Shown: positions 18,571 to 28,811, counted from the stretch's first letter. The stretch is 64,000 nucleotides of DNA from Gemmatimonadota bacterium (GCA_050732935.1 JBOHRW010000217.1:398-64397), one strand, 5' to 3'. Translations and numbers: made by a program. The notes: a model not told the origin generated them from the letters alone.

Positions 18571-18906
18571 ACGCTGGCCGCCCGGCCGTTGTTCTTGAAC
18601 CAGTACGATACCTCTGTCGCCTGCCCGGTTCGACCTCCGCGCCGGGTGGGCGATCCATGCCCGAGCCGTGCACCGCGATCGGATGTTGGCTGGCGCCGAT
18701 GCGGGATCGGTGAGGGAGCCGGGCGGGTTTTCCCGCCCGGCCTGATTTCAGGGCTTCGGGCCTCTCGAATCTACGGTCTGGTGCGCGGGTTCGCCTCCCG
18801 GCTCGATAGCGCCGCCTCCAGGCCCCGCATAACTTCCTCAAGCGTTCCGCATTCCCACGTCGCGCTGGCGGCGGGCATCCCCCTCTCGTGGAAGGAACCG
18901 GATGGC

Positions 18907-20862
18907 ATGGGCCTCTGCTTGACCCGAAGAATCATCGACGAGCATCTCGTCGACGGCGATCCGTCGACGCCGGGTAACGAGATCGGCATCCGCATCGATC
19001 AGGTGCTGACCCCCGACGCCACCGGCGTTCTCTGCTACCTGCAGTTCGAGTCGATGGGGCTGGAGCGCGTGCGCGTGAAGCGCGCGGTGGCCTACGCCGA
19101 CCACGTCGTCTATCACTTCGACGAGAAGAACGCCGCCGACCACCGCTACCTGCAGACCGCCGCCAACCGTTACGGCTCCTGGTTCTCGCTGCCGGGCAAC
19201 GGCATCTGCCATCAGATCCACCAGGAGCGCTTCGCCGTGCCGGGGGAGACCCTGCTCGGCTCCGATTCCCACACGCCGACCCAGGGCGGGCTCGGCATGA
19301 TCGCGATCGGGGCCGGTGGGTTGGACGTCACCGTCGCGTTGGGGGGTGGAGCCTACTGGCTTCCCATGCCCGAGGTGGTCGAGGTGCGTCTGGAAGGCGA
19401 GCTGCCCGAATGGGTGACCGCCAAGGACGTCATCCTGGAGATGCTGCGCCGGATCTCGGTCAAGGGCGGAATCGGAAAGATCTTCGAGTACACGGGGCCC
19501 GGCGCGGCCTCGCTCTCTCCCTACGAGCGATGCACGATCGCCAACATGGGAACGGAGCTGGGGGCGACGACCTCGGTCTTCGCCACCGACGACCGGACGC
19601 GCGACTACTTCGAGCGGCTGGGCCGTCCCGAGGACTTCCGCGCCGTCGAGCCCGACCCCGACGCCGGATACGACGACCGGATTACGATCGACCTGGCTTC
19701 CTTGGAGCCCCTGGTCGCGTGTCCGACCATGCCCGACCACGTGGTGCCGGTGCGCGAGGTCGCGGGGACGCCGATCGACCAGGTGATCGTCGGATCGTGC
19801 ACCAACGGGGGCTACGAGGACCTGCGGGCGGTGGCCGAAATCCTGAAGGACCGGCGCGTCAGCCCCGGCACCAACTTCGTCATCGCGCCGTCGTCCAAGC
19901 AGGCCCTCGAGACGCTGGCCCGGGAGGGACTCGTGGCGGACATCCTGGCGAGCGGGGCCAACCTGAGCGAGTCCACCTGCGGGGCCTGTATCGGCGTCGG
20001 CCACGTGCCCGCGCCCGGCCAGCGGAGCCTCCGCTCCTTCAACCGCAACTTCCCGGGCCGGAGCGGCCTCAAGGGCGACCAGGTCTATCTGGCGAGCCCG
20101 GAGGTGTGCGCGGTCTCGGCGGTGACAGGTGTGCTCACCGATCCGCGCGACTGGGCGCGGGAGAGCGGAAACGGGCACGCCCCGGAGAAGCCGCTTCCCG
20201 AGCGGTTCACGGGCTCGACGGCCGGGCTCGTGCCGCCGGCCGGCGAGCCCTCACGGATCGTGGTCAGTCGGGCCTCCCACATCACCGATATTCCGCTGTC
20301 GCATCCCCCCGACGACACGCTCTCGGGCGAGGTCCTGATCGTCACCGGAGACGACATCACGACCGATGACATCGTCCCGGCTACGGCCGAGATGCTGGCC
20401 AACTGGGCCAACATCGACGCGGTCGCGAGCTTCATCTTCAAGCGCCTGGATCCCGAGTTCCCCGCGCGCGCGTTCGCGAAGAAGGGCGGCTGGATCGTCG
20501 GCGGCGCCAACTACGGCCAGGGCTCCTCCCGCGAACACGCCGCGATGGCTCCGATGTACATGGGCGTCAAAGGCGTGATCGCCAAGTCGTTCGCCCGTAT
20601 CCACAAGGCGAACCTCGTCAACTTCGGCCTGCTGCCGCTCACGTTCGTCGATGCGGCCGACTACGATGCGGTCGGGCAGGGAGACGAGCTCGTGATCGAG
20701 GGCGTCCACGCGGGCGTCGACCGCGGGCGGGTCGCCGTGCGGAACGTCACACAGGGGACGAGCTTCGACGCCGCGATCGAGCTGACCGAGCGCGAGCGCG
20801 CGCTCCTGAAGGCAGGTGGGGTGCTGCCCTACACGCGGGAGCACGGCGGCCTGGCGGCCTGA
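18907..20862 (+). CDS. aconitase-family protein (short, about 650 aa, AcnA-like domain order; putative aconitate hydratase)
   Basis: Start MGLCLTRRIIDEHLVDG. Aconitase motifs GSDSHT, VIVGSCTNGGYEDL, and the swivel domain GDDITTDDIVPA...GGANYGQGSSREHAA...NLVNFGLLPL. Confidence 0.8.
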   Translation: MGLCLTRRIIDEHLVDGDPSTPGNEIGIRIDQVLTPDATGVLCYLQFESMGLERVRVKRAVAYADHVVYHFDEKNAADHRYLQTAANRYGSWFSLPGNGICHQIHQERFAVPGETLLGSDSHTPTQGGLGMIAIGAGGLDVTVALGGGAYWLPMPEVVEVRLEGELPEWVTAKDVILEMLRRISVKGGIGKIFEYTGPGAASLSPYERCTIANMGTELGATTSVFATDDRTRDYFERLGRPEDFRAVEPDPDAGYDDRITIDLASLEPLVACPTMPDHVVPVREVAGTPIDQVIVGSCTNGGYEDLRAVAEILKDRRVSPGTNFVIAPSSKQALETLAREGLVADILASGANLSESTCGACIGVGHVPAPGQRSLRSFNRNFPGRSGLKGDQVYLASPEVCAVSAVTGVLTDPRDWARESGNGHAPEKPLPERFTGSTAGLVPPAGEPSRIVVSRASHITDIPLSHPPDDTLSGEVLIVTGDDITTDDIVPATAEMLANWANIDAVASFIFKRLDPEFPARAFAKKGGWIVGGANYGQGSSREHAAMAPMYMGVKGVIAKSFARIHKANLVNFGLLPLTFVDAADYDAVGQGDELVIEGVHAGVDRGRVAVRNVTQGTSFDAAIELTERERALLKAGGVLPYTREHGGLAA

Positions 20863-20887
20863 GCGCTCCTGGTCCCACCGGGTTCCG

Positions 20888-22619
20888 TCAGGGCGAGACG
20901 ACGCGGCCGGGCAACGCTCCGGTCGGCTCGCCATCCCTGACCACGACCCGGCCGTTCACCACGACGTGCGGGATGCCGATCGGATAGCGGTGCGGGTCCT
21001 CGAATGTCGCCGTGTCGGCCACACGGGCAGAATCGAACACGACGAGATCGGCGGCCCGACCGACGGCGATCGTTCCGCGATCGCTGAGGCCGACGATGGA
21101 AGCTGGGAGCGAGGTCATCTTCCGGACCGCCTCCTCGAGCGGGAGCGCACGCTCCTCGCGGACGTACTTAGCCAGCACGCGCGGATAGGTTCCGTACGCC
21201 CGCGGATGGGGGGTGCCCTCCGAGAGCGGTCCGGTCGAGCGCCGGGCGCCGGCGTCCGAGCAGATGGCACCCAGGGGGTGCACGACGAACCGGCGGGTGT
21301 TCTCCTCCGACATCCCGTGCCCGACGATCGAAACGCGGTTCCTGGAGTCTGCGAGGAGCTCCACGGTGACGTCGTAGGGATCCGCGTCCCGCCCGGCGGC
21401 GTACTCGCCGAGACGTCGGCCGACCGCGCCCTCGTCCGCTTCACCGGTCACACTCGCGATCTGGATCGCGTCCCAGTCGCCCATCATGGCGATCTTCTCC
21501 GCGACCGCCGCCCGGATCGTCGTTTCCTGCCCCGGATCTTCCAGCCGCGCCAGAAACGCCTCTGTCCCGCCCTCCCGGACCGCGGCTGGGAAGAGGGAGG
21601 CGAGGCCCGTGGAGTACGCCGTGTAGGGATAGCGGTCGAAGTGTACCCGACGGTCCGCGGCCGCGGCCTCCAGGGTCTCGATCAGCGACGTCGCCTTGGG
21701 CCAGTTGCGCCGGCCCTGGGCCTTCAGGTGGCTCGCCTGGAACGGCACCCCGGCCGTGCCGGCGATGGCCAGCCCCGCGGCGAGCGCCTCCTCGACACGG
21801 TCGGCCTCGTTCCGCAGGTGGCTGGCGTAGGGAAGCCCCGTCCCGACGAGAGGCCGCGCGAGCGCGACCAGCTCGTCCAGGTCGGCGAAGGCGTTGGGCG
21901 TGTACTCGAGCCCGCTCGAGACCCCCGCTGCTCCGGACACCCGTCCCCGCTCGATCTCGGCGACCATGCGCTCCAGCTCCGCAGGCGACGGCGGGCGGTC
22001 GTCATTGCCGATCACAGTCTCGCGGACGGTACCCGAGCCGATCATGGTGGCGAAGTTGGCGAGGTGACCGCGCTCGGAGAGGAGGCGGAACAGCTCGTCC
22101 CACGACGTGAAATCGATCTCCACGTCGTATCGCTCGAGGGTGTTCCGACGGCGCTCGTCCCGCATCGCGTCGCTCACCGGGGACGGAGGAGCCGTCCTGG
22201 CCAACGATCTCGGTCGTGACGCCCTGGCGGATCTTGGAATCGGCGAGATGATCGACGAAGATCCCGAGGTCGGTGTGGCCGTGAATGTCGACGAATCCCG
22301 GGGCGACCACGAGCCCGGTGACGTCGAGGACAAGCGCCGCTCCGGCCGCGGACAAGGTACCGAGCGCTTCGATCCGGCCGTCCCTCACGGCGACGTCGGC
22401 CGCGAAGGCCGGTCGGCCGGTCCCGTCCACGACCCGGCCGCCGCGCAGCACGAGGTCGAGGGGAGGACGGGCCTCGATCCGTCCGGTCGACCAGCCGCCA
22501 AAGGCGACCTGACCGGCGGCGACCGCGCCAAGCTGGAGGAAGCGGCGCCGATCGATCCCGCGCGCGGTCCCCGCGCTGTCGTGTCCCCCGGTCTCGCTCA
22601 TCGCGCGGCAATCTAGCAT
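20888..22619 (-). pseudogene. N-acyl-D-amino-acid deacylase (D-aminoacylase, amidohydrolase family) with TAT signal; frameshift at about 22185 (pseudogene or assembly indel)
   Basis: N-terminus (frame of 22002..22619) carries RRRFLQLGAVAAG twin-Arg signal, LVLRGGRVVDGTGRP...VAPGFVDIHGHTD and GVTTEIVGQDGSS. The remainder (frame of 20888..22333) continues ...PVSDAMRDERRRN... to the C-terminal VVFDSARVADTATFEDP. The join is in a C/G homopolymer at 22181-22190. Confidence 0.65.
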
Positions 22620-22673
22620 GGTCCGTGGCGAATCCGCGTGCGTGCTCCCGACATGAGATTATATTGCCGCGCG

Positions 22674-23111
22674 ATGAGAACGTTCGTCAGGGCTTCGATG
22701 CTCCTCGCTGGTCTTGCCGCCTGCTCGGGCGGCGAGTCCACGGGCGAGCCCGTCGGCGAGCTGGCGGTGTACGAGGAGGAGCGGGGCGTCCTCTTCGTGG
22801 AGCCGGAGAGCGTGCGCGACTACACGGAGGCGGCGAACGACGTCGTCTTCGTCGACAACCGGAACGCGTTCAGCTTCCAGCAGAGCCGTATCGCGGGCGC
22901 CCGCCTCATCCCGACCGGCGAGATGGCCCGCTCGGTCGGAAGCCTTCCCCTCAACAAGTGGATCGTCTTCTACTGCACCTGACCCGACGACGGCTTGAGC
23001 GTCCGGGCGGCGCAACTCGCGGAAGAGAACGGATACGAGAAGGTGGCGGTGCTGGAGGGCGGCTTGGGGGCGTGGACACGGGCGGGGTACCCGGTCGAGT
23101 CCGGCTCGTAG
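22674..23111 (+). CDS. rhodanese-like sulfurtransferase lipoprotein with in-frame TGA (22980-22982) at the catalytic Cys position; selenocysteine candidate or pseudogene
   Basis: MRTFVRASMLLAGLAACSGG lipobox. Rhodanese fold ...VVFVDNRNAFSFQQSRIAGARLIP...NKWIVFYCT-TGA-PDDGLSVRAAQLAEENGYEKVAVLEGGLGAWTRAGYPVE. Ungapped alignment to GlpE ([33 protein letters not shown]) puts the TGA exactly on the active-site Cys. Confidence 0.55.
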
Positions 23112-23129
23112 CCGGGCGCGGGCGCCAGC

Positions 23130-23541
23130 CTACGCCTTGGTCAGGACCATCGAGCCGACTCGCGCAACGGCCTCGAAATGATCGTCGTAGCTGAGAACGA
23201 TGGCTCCCGCCTGGGCGGCCGTGGCGGCGATCCAGATGTCGTTGGTCGGGATCGGGGTCCCGATCCGACGCAGGTCGACCACGATCTCGGCATAATGCCG
23301 GCTGACCTCGTGATCCACGCCCAGCTCCTCGACCGACGGGTTGGCGAGGAAAGCACGCAGCGTCTCTTCGTTCTCCTCGCGACGGCTGCCGAGCAGGAAT
23401 CCGACCCGGAGCTCGCCCAGCGCGATCGCCGGCATGCCGATCCACTCGGCCCGGTCGATGAGTTCCACCACGCGGGCCTCGCCGCGCTGGAAACGACTGT
23501 AAGCCGAGGTGTCGAGGCAATAGCGGCTCACCCCCAGAGTT
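23130..23541 (-). CDS. vapC: VapC-like PIN-domain toxin
   Basis: GTG start gives VSRYCLDTSAYSRF... (PIN N-terminal D). ...DIWIAATA...SYDDHF. The start overlaps the antitoxin 3' end by 14 nt. Confidence 0.7.
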
Positions 23542-23773
23542 CCTCGTCGACCTGTTCGAACGGCGCGGTCGCCTCCTCGAACTGCCGGAATTCCTCCTCG
23601 GTCCACTGCCCGGCCAGGCGCGCAAGGCCGTTGCTCCGTCTCGCACCGATACCGAGTCGCTGACTCAAGAGATCGATCACGATCGCGTTGATGGATTTCC
23701 CGCGGCGAGCTTTCTCGCGTTTCAGTGCGTCGTGCAGGTCCTCAGGCACGTTCCTGATCGTCAAGGTCTTCAT
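23528..23773 (-). CDS. vapB: ribbon-helix-helix (VapB/FitA-like) antitoxin
   Basis: MKTLTIRNVPEDLHDALKREKARRGKSINAIVIDLL is a typical RHH antitoxin N-terminus. Lies immediately upstream of, and overlapping, the PIN gene. Confidence 0.7.
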   Translation of the reverse strand: MKTLTIRNVPEDLHDALKREKARRGKSINAIVIDLLSQRLGIGARRSNGLARLAGQWTEEEFRQFEEATAPFEQVDEELWG

Positions 23774-23917
23774 CGGCTCGTCTGCCCTTGTCGTCATTGA
23801 GTGTAGTCTATGACTTCAGAAGAGTGCAGTCAACCGGCCGGCGGGCGTAAACGTCCTAAGGGTTAGCCCCTGGAGTCGGCGGGACGCGCCAAGGCGTCAA
23901 GACCTCAGCGCCGGGGG

Positions 23918-25702
23918 TTGGATTTCGAGCCCTCCAAAGGCACATTCCAGCCCCCGATGGCCGACCCGACCTCCGCCGAGCTCCCCTCCTTTTGCAAGTC
24001 GCTGTTCGGCGGCGTCATCGCCGACGAGCTGGTCTTCCCCTACCCACGGCTCCCGAGGCACGAGGCGGAGACGCTCGAGACCTACCTCGAGGACCTGCGC
24101 CGATTCTTCGACGCCAAGGTGGACGCCGCGGCATTCGACCGCGCCGCCGGGGTGCCGGAGGGGGTGATCGAAGGGCTCGCGGAGCGCGGCGTCTTCGGCC
24201 TCTACGTGGCGACGGCCTATGACGGTCTCGGCTTCAGCCAGACGCAGACGGCGCGCGTCATGGAGTTCGTGGCCTCGCGGGACGCCGGGATCGGCGTCCT
24301 GCTGGGCTCGCACCTCTCGATCGGGATCAAGGGGATCCACTTCTATGGGAACGAGGGGCAAAAGCGGCGCTGGCTCCCGCCCTGCGCCAAGGGCGAGACG
24401 CTGGCTTCCTTCGCCCTCACCGAGCCCGACCACGGCTCGGACGCCGCTCATATAGAGTCCCGCGCCGAGCGGGCCACCGACGGCGAGGGCTGGATTTTGA
24501 ACGGCCGCAAGATCTGGATCGGCAACGCCCAGCGCGCGGGCGTGATCTCGACCTTCGCGCAGACCCCCGTCGAAAAGGATGGCCGCACGGTCGACCGCGT
24601 AACCGCGTTCGTCGTCGAAGGCGATCAGGAGGGTCTCGCCAGGGGCCGCACCTGGACCGACGAGAAGCTCGGCATCCGCTCCTCGACCCAGGCCGAGCTG
24701 ATCTATCGCGATCTTCGGCTGGCGGACGACCAGGTTCTCGACCGTCCCGGGCATGGGTTCAAGGTCGCGATGAACGTGCTGAACGGAGGCCGGGTCGGTC
24801 TCGCTGCGAGCGCGGTGGGGGGCGCGCGCACCATCCTGGACGCGGCGATCGACTTCGCCACGACCCGCCGCCAGTTCGGCCGGCCGATCGCGGAGTTCGA
24901 CCTGATCGGCGGGAAGCTCGCCCGGATGCGTCTCGAGACCTTCGTGGCCGAGTCGATGGTGTACCTGACGCTTGGGCTCGTAGACCGCGGCGACGTCGAT
25001 TACAGCCTCGAGTCGGCGATCTGCAAGATCTACGCGTCGGAGATGATCTGGCGGGCGGCCGACGACGCCGTCCAGATCGCCGGGGGGCGGGGCTACATGA
25101 ACGACCGCCCGTTCGAGCGGTTCCTCCGGGACACCCGCATCATGCGGATCTTCGAGGGGACGAACGAGGTCCTGCGGGTCTTCGTCGCGCTGGCGGGAAT
25201 CGAGCGCCTCGGCGAGTACCTGGAGGGTGTGGGGAGGGCGCTCCGGGAGCCGATCAAGGAGCTGGGTGTCTTGACCGAGTTCGCCTTCCACCGGATCCAG
25301 GACGCCGTCGGCAGCCGCCGCTCGAAGGCCGTGGTGGCGGATCCCCTGGCCGGCTGCCTTAGGCAGGTCGAGCGCTTCACCGGCATCCTGCACGAGGGGG
25401 CAGAGTCGCTGATCCGGACCCATCGCGACCGCCTGGTCGAGGAGCAGTTTCAGCTCGAGCGGCTGGCCGACATCGCGATCGACGTCTACGCGCTGGTGGC
25501 ATCGATCGCCCGCGTCCAGGATCGGATCGAACGAGAGGGGGAAGCGGCCGCTCGCCCCGGGATCGACCTCGTCCGGCACTTCTGCCGGGAGGCCGGCGCG
25601 CGGATCGAGCGGAATCAGGCGCTCCTGTCGATAAACCGGGACGAGCGTGTCCGCCGGATCGCGGGCGAGGCGATCGCCGAGCGGAAAGGGGCACGGGGAT
25701 GA
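23918..25702 (+). CDS. acyl-CoA dehydrogenase, long (VLCAD/ACAD9-like, 594 aa)
   Basis: ACAD core (FALTEPDHGSDAA, LNGRKIWIGNA, IFEGTNEVLRVFVA) plus about 180-aa C-terminal helical extension, as in very-long-chain ACADs. Confidence 0.85.
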   Translation: MDFEPSKGTFQPPMADPTSAELPSFCKSLFGGVIADELVFPYPRLPRHEAETLETYLEDLRRFFDAKVDAAAFDRAAGVPEGVIEGLAERGVFGLYVATAYDGLGFSQTQTARVMEFVASRDAGIGVLLGSHLSIGIKGIHFYGNEGQKRRWLPPCAKGETLASFALTEPDHGSDAAHIESRAERATDGEGWILNGRKIWIGNAQRAGVISTFAQTPVEKDGRTVDRVTAFVVEGDQEGLARGRTWTDEKLGIRSSTQAELIYRDLRLADDQVLDRPGHGFKVAMNVLNGGRVGLAASAVGGARTILDAAIDFATTRRQFGRPIAEFDLIGGKLARMRLETFVAESMVYLTLGLVDRGDVDYSLESAICKIYASEMIWRAADDAVQIAGGRGYMNDRPFERFLRDTRIMRIFEGTNEVLRVFVALAGIERLGEYLEGVGRALREPIKELGVLTEFAFHRIQDAVGSRRSKAVVADPLAGCLRQVERFTGILHEGAESLIRTHRDRLVEEQFQLERLADIAIDVYALVASIARVQDRIEREGEAAARPGIDLVRHFCREAGARIERNQALLSINRDERVRRIAGEAIAERKGARG

Positions 25703-25778
25703 GCGAGTCGACCGACGCGCCCCCGCAACCCTTGCGTAGGTTTGCCGAACGATCGTCCATGCTGCTACCGTCCCCCCC

Positions 25779-26009
25779 ATGGCCATCCCAGCGGAAGATC
25801 CCATCGCGGCCGTCGACCACCTGGTCGACCGGTATCGCACCGAGTGCCTCTGGTTCCTGCGCGAGGACTACTACCCGCGCACGGATGCCGAGCGTCTGCG
25901 GATCCTCGGCTACATCGAGCGCTACGGAGACCGGGAGGCCTGGCGCACTGCCGCGGACTTGCGACGATGGCTCTCACGAGCTTCCAGCGTGACATCCTCC
26001 GGCTCCTAG
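25779..26009 (+). CDS. small hypothetical protein (76 aa), uncertain
   Basis: MAIPAEDPIAAVDHLVDRYRTECLWFLREDYYPRTDAERLRILGYIERYGDREAW has a protein-like composition. Overlaps the start of the downstream NTase-like gene. Confidence 0.3.
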   Translation: MAIPAEDPIAAVDHLVDRYRTECLWFLREDYYPRTDAERLRILGYIERYGDREAWRTAADLRRWLSRASSVTSSGS

Positions 26010-26382
26010 CCCGGGAGCGGATCGCCGCCGGCGAGCGCTACGTAGCGGGCGGGGTGGCCCTCGGCGAACTCCTCGCCTCGCTGAGGATCTCGCGTGAGAT
26101 CGACCTCTTCCATGACGCGGCGGAGGCGGTCGCAACCAGCTGGGAGGCCAACCGCGCGCGCCTGGTAGCAGCCGGCTGCGAAGTCGACCACTCCGTGAGC
26201 GCCCCGCCTACGTCGAGGCGCGTGTTACGCGCGACGGCCGGTCGGCGCGTTTGGAGTGGGCGCGGGACAGCGCGTTTCGCTTCTTTCCTCTGATCGAGCA
26301 CGAAACCCTGGGGCTCACCCTCCATCCGGTCGATCTCGCCACCATGCCCTCCGACGTGGCCGGGCCCGGCGGGCGACGATAA
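25967..26382 (+). pseudogene. minimal nucleotidyltransferase-fold protein, paralog a, frameshifted at about 26200
   Basis: MALTSFQRDILRLLARERIAAGERYVAGGVALGELLASLRISREIDLFHD carries the GG.A...R.S.DIDL NTase motif. After the frameshift the +1 frame reads ...DGRSARLEWARDSAFRFFPLIEHETLGLTLHPVDLATMPSDV, comparable to the C-termini of paralogs 31696 and 50729. Confidence 0.4.
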
Positions 26383-26428
26383 CCTTGCTCTCCGCGTGCT
26401 TTCGGAAGATCGCCGAACGGAGGTAAAC

Positions 26429-28257
26429 ATGACCCGCCGCATGGTCTTCGTCCTCACGCTGGTTCTTACGGTCGCCTGCGCGAGCGGTCCCCGCACCGAC
26501 GAGGTCGTCACCACCCGACAGGACGAGGAAGCGCCCCGGGCGCAGCCGGTCGCCACCGTCGTCGCCTCGACCGAAGGCGCGACCGATCTGCCGCCAGCCG
26601 CGCTCGCGCCCGATATCTCCCCCGAAGGGCTCGAGGCTCGCGTGGCGAAGTTCGCCCCGGTCGAGCTGGACTTCGACGACGCCCTCCTCGATCTCGATCA
26701 ACGGTTCGTGGTGAGGAAGCTGGTCGAGGCTTCCGACATCCTGGGAGAGATCTTCCGCGAGCAGGTCTGGCGCTCCAACCCGGAGTACGCGGCCGAGCTG
26801 GCGGCGGCGACCGGCCCCGGCCTGGACGCCGCCCGCGAGTACTACGCCATCATGGCCGGCCCGTGGGATCGTCTCGAGCACAACCAGCCCTTCCTCGACG
26901 TCGGCCCCAAGCCCCCCGGTGCGGGCTATTACCCTCCTGACCTCACGAAGGGGGAGATCGAGGCGTGGCTCGAGGAGCACCCGGCACAGCGGGACGCCTT
27001 CACCTCCTACTACACGGTGATCCGACGTGGTGTCGCCGGCCGCGCGGCTGACCCCGCGGAACGCACGGCCTTCGAAGGTCCCGTGCTGCTCGCCGTGCCC
27101 TACAGCACCGCCTACGCCGACGAGCTGGAGCGCGCCGCCGCTCTCCTCGACGAGGCGGCCGGCCGGGCCGGGAACGCATCGCTCGAGGACTTCCTGAGCA
27201 AGCGCGCACAAGCCTTTCGCACCAACGATTACTATGCCTCCGAGGTCGCGTGGATGAAGCTCGAGGGGAACCTGATCGAGCCCACGATCGGGCCCTACGA
27301 GGTCTACGAGGACGAGCTCATGGATGGAAGGCGGCGTTCGAGTCGTTCGTCACCCTCAAGGATCCCGAGGCGAGCACGGACCTGGAGACGCTGGTGAGCC
27401 ACCTCCCGGATCTCGAGGCCGCGCTTCCCATCGACGATCGATACAAGAGCCTCGACCGGTCGTTCGCGTCGCCGATCTCGGTGGTCGACGAGATCTACAC
27501 GTCCGGGGACACGCGAGCCGGGGTCCAGACGCTGGCCTACAACCTGCCCAACGACCCGCGCGTATCGAAGGAATACGGCACGAAGAAGGTGATGCTGAGA
27601 AACGTCATCGAGGCCAAGTTCGAGAAGATCCTGGCGCCGATCGCGGAGCGGCTGCTCGAGCGGTCCTTGTCCGACGGGATGGAGGCGCGACCGTTCTTCA
27701 TCTCGATCGTGATGCACGAGTTGGCTCACGGGCTCGGTCCGCGGGTCGTCCACGGAACCGAGACGCCGGTCTCGGTCGCGCTGGGGACCAGCTATTCGGC
27801 GATCGAGGAGGCGAAGGCCGACGTCGTCGGCTACCTCTCGCTCGAGAGGCTCGTGGACGAGGGGGTCTATCCGGAGGACTTCCGCCGCCAGGTCACGATC
27901 TCGACGGTCGCCGGGCTCTTCCGCTGCGTCCGCTTCGGGACCGGCGAGGCGCATGGCAAGGGCTGCGCGCTGCAGCTCGATCAGCTCGTCGAAGCGGGGG
28001 CCATCACCGTGGGGGAGGACGGGCGGTTCGGGATCGACTTCGAGAAGGTCCGGTCGGCCTACGAGGACCTCGCGCGAACGCTTCTGACCCTGGAGGCCAC
28101 CGGTGACGCTTCGGGCGCCGAGCGGCTGCTGGCCGAGCGCGGCACCGTACCCCAGGAGATGGAGGCCGCCCTGGGCGCGCTGTCAGACGTGCCGGTCGAC
28201 ATCCGGCCGCGCTACACGGTCGTGGACAAGATGCGGACATGGGAGGATACCCAGTGA
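26429..28257 (+). pseudogene. peptidase M49 (dipeptidyl-peptidase III)-like lipoprotein; frameshift at about 27322 (pseudogene or assembly indel)
   Basis: GGAGG RBS. MTRRMVFVLTLVLTVACASG lipobox. HELAHGLGP (HEXXH) and EEAKADVVG (the EEXRAE-like second M49 motif). The two ORFs 26396..27397 and 27250..28257 join at ...YEDELMDG|WKAAFESF. Confidence 0.6.
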
Positions 28258-28265
28258 GAAGCGCC

Positions 28266-28811
28266 ATGACGGTCGGCTTGACCCGGGATCTGCGCCCCCT
28301 GCGCCTAGCCGCCACTCTCCTGGTCGTGATTCTGGGCACGGGCTGCGGCGAGCAGCCCCCCGACGAGGACGCCTCCGCGCCCGGCAATCCGGCCCCGGGC
28401 GAGCTCGCTCAACCTCCGTCAGCCGGCGCACCTCGCGCGTCCCAGCCTGGCTTCTCGCCGGACACGATGCGTCCGGATGCGGCCGAGGAAGACACCCTGG
28501 CCATGCTCGACGCCGCCCCGGCGACGAGCGACCTGAGCGTCGACTCGATCGTCGGTCAGTATCGGAACCACTACGCCGCGGAGCTCGTCGAGATCCGGAC
28601 CGGGGACGCCGGGGCCGAGGAAGTGGACGCCGTGGAGGCGGCCCAGCGACGCACCGCCCTCGACTTCGGCTACGTGGAGATGACCGCCTGGTCGGACATG
28701 GTGGCCGACCTCACCGAAGCCCAGCGCACCGAGCTGGCGCGGCGAGTCGAGCAGGCGAACCGGGAGCTTGCGCAGGAGGTCCAGCGTGAAGATCCCGGCG
28801 GGGAGCCCTGA
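28266..28811 (+). CDS. lipoprotein, hypothetical
   Basis: MTVGLTRDLRPLRLAATLLVVILGTGCGEQ lipobox. Acidic and Ala-rich, 181 aa. Confidence 0.45.
   Translation: MTVGLTRDLRPLRLAATLLVVILGTGCGEQPPDEDASAPGNPAPGELAQPPSAGAPRASQPGFSPDTMRPDAAEEDTLAMLDAAPATSDLSVDSIVGQYRNHYAAELVEIRTGDAGAEEVDAVEAAQRRTALDFGYVEMTAWSDMVADLTEAQRTELARRVEQANRELAQEVQREDPGGEP

Noticed and set aside
22983-23040. Looked for a bacterial SECIS hairpin 3' of the rhodanese TGA
   Set aside because: Only weak 3-4 bp stems (GACG...CGTC, CGC...GCG) were visible by eye. Insufficient to claim a SECIS, so the Sec hypothesis is flagged as unproven.
26038-27211. Minus-strand ORFs 26038..26556 and 26315..27211
   Set aside because: Antisense to the M49-like peptidase gene, which has HEXXH/EEXKAD motifs, a lipobox and an RBS. 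The minus ORFs have no features.
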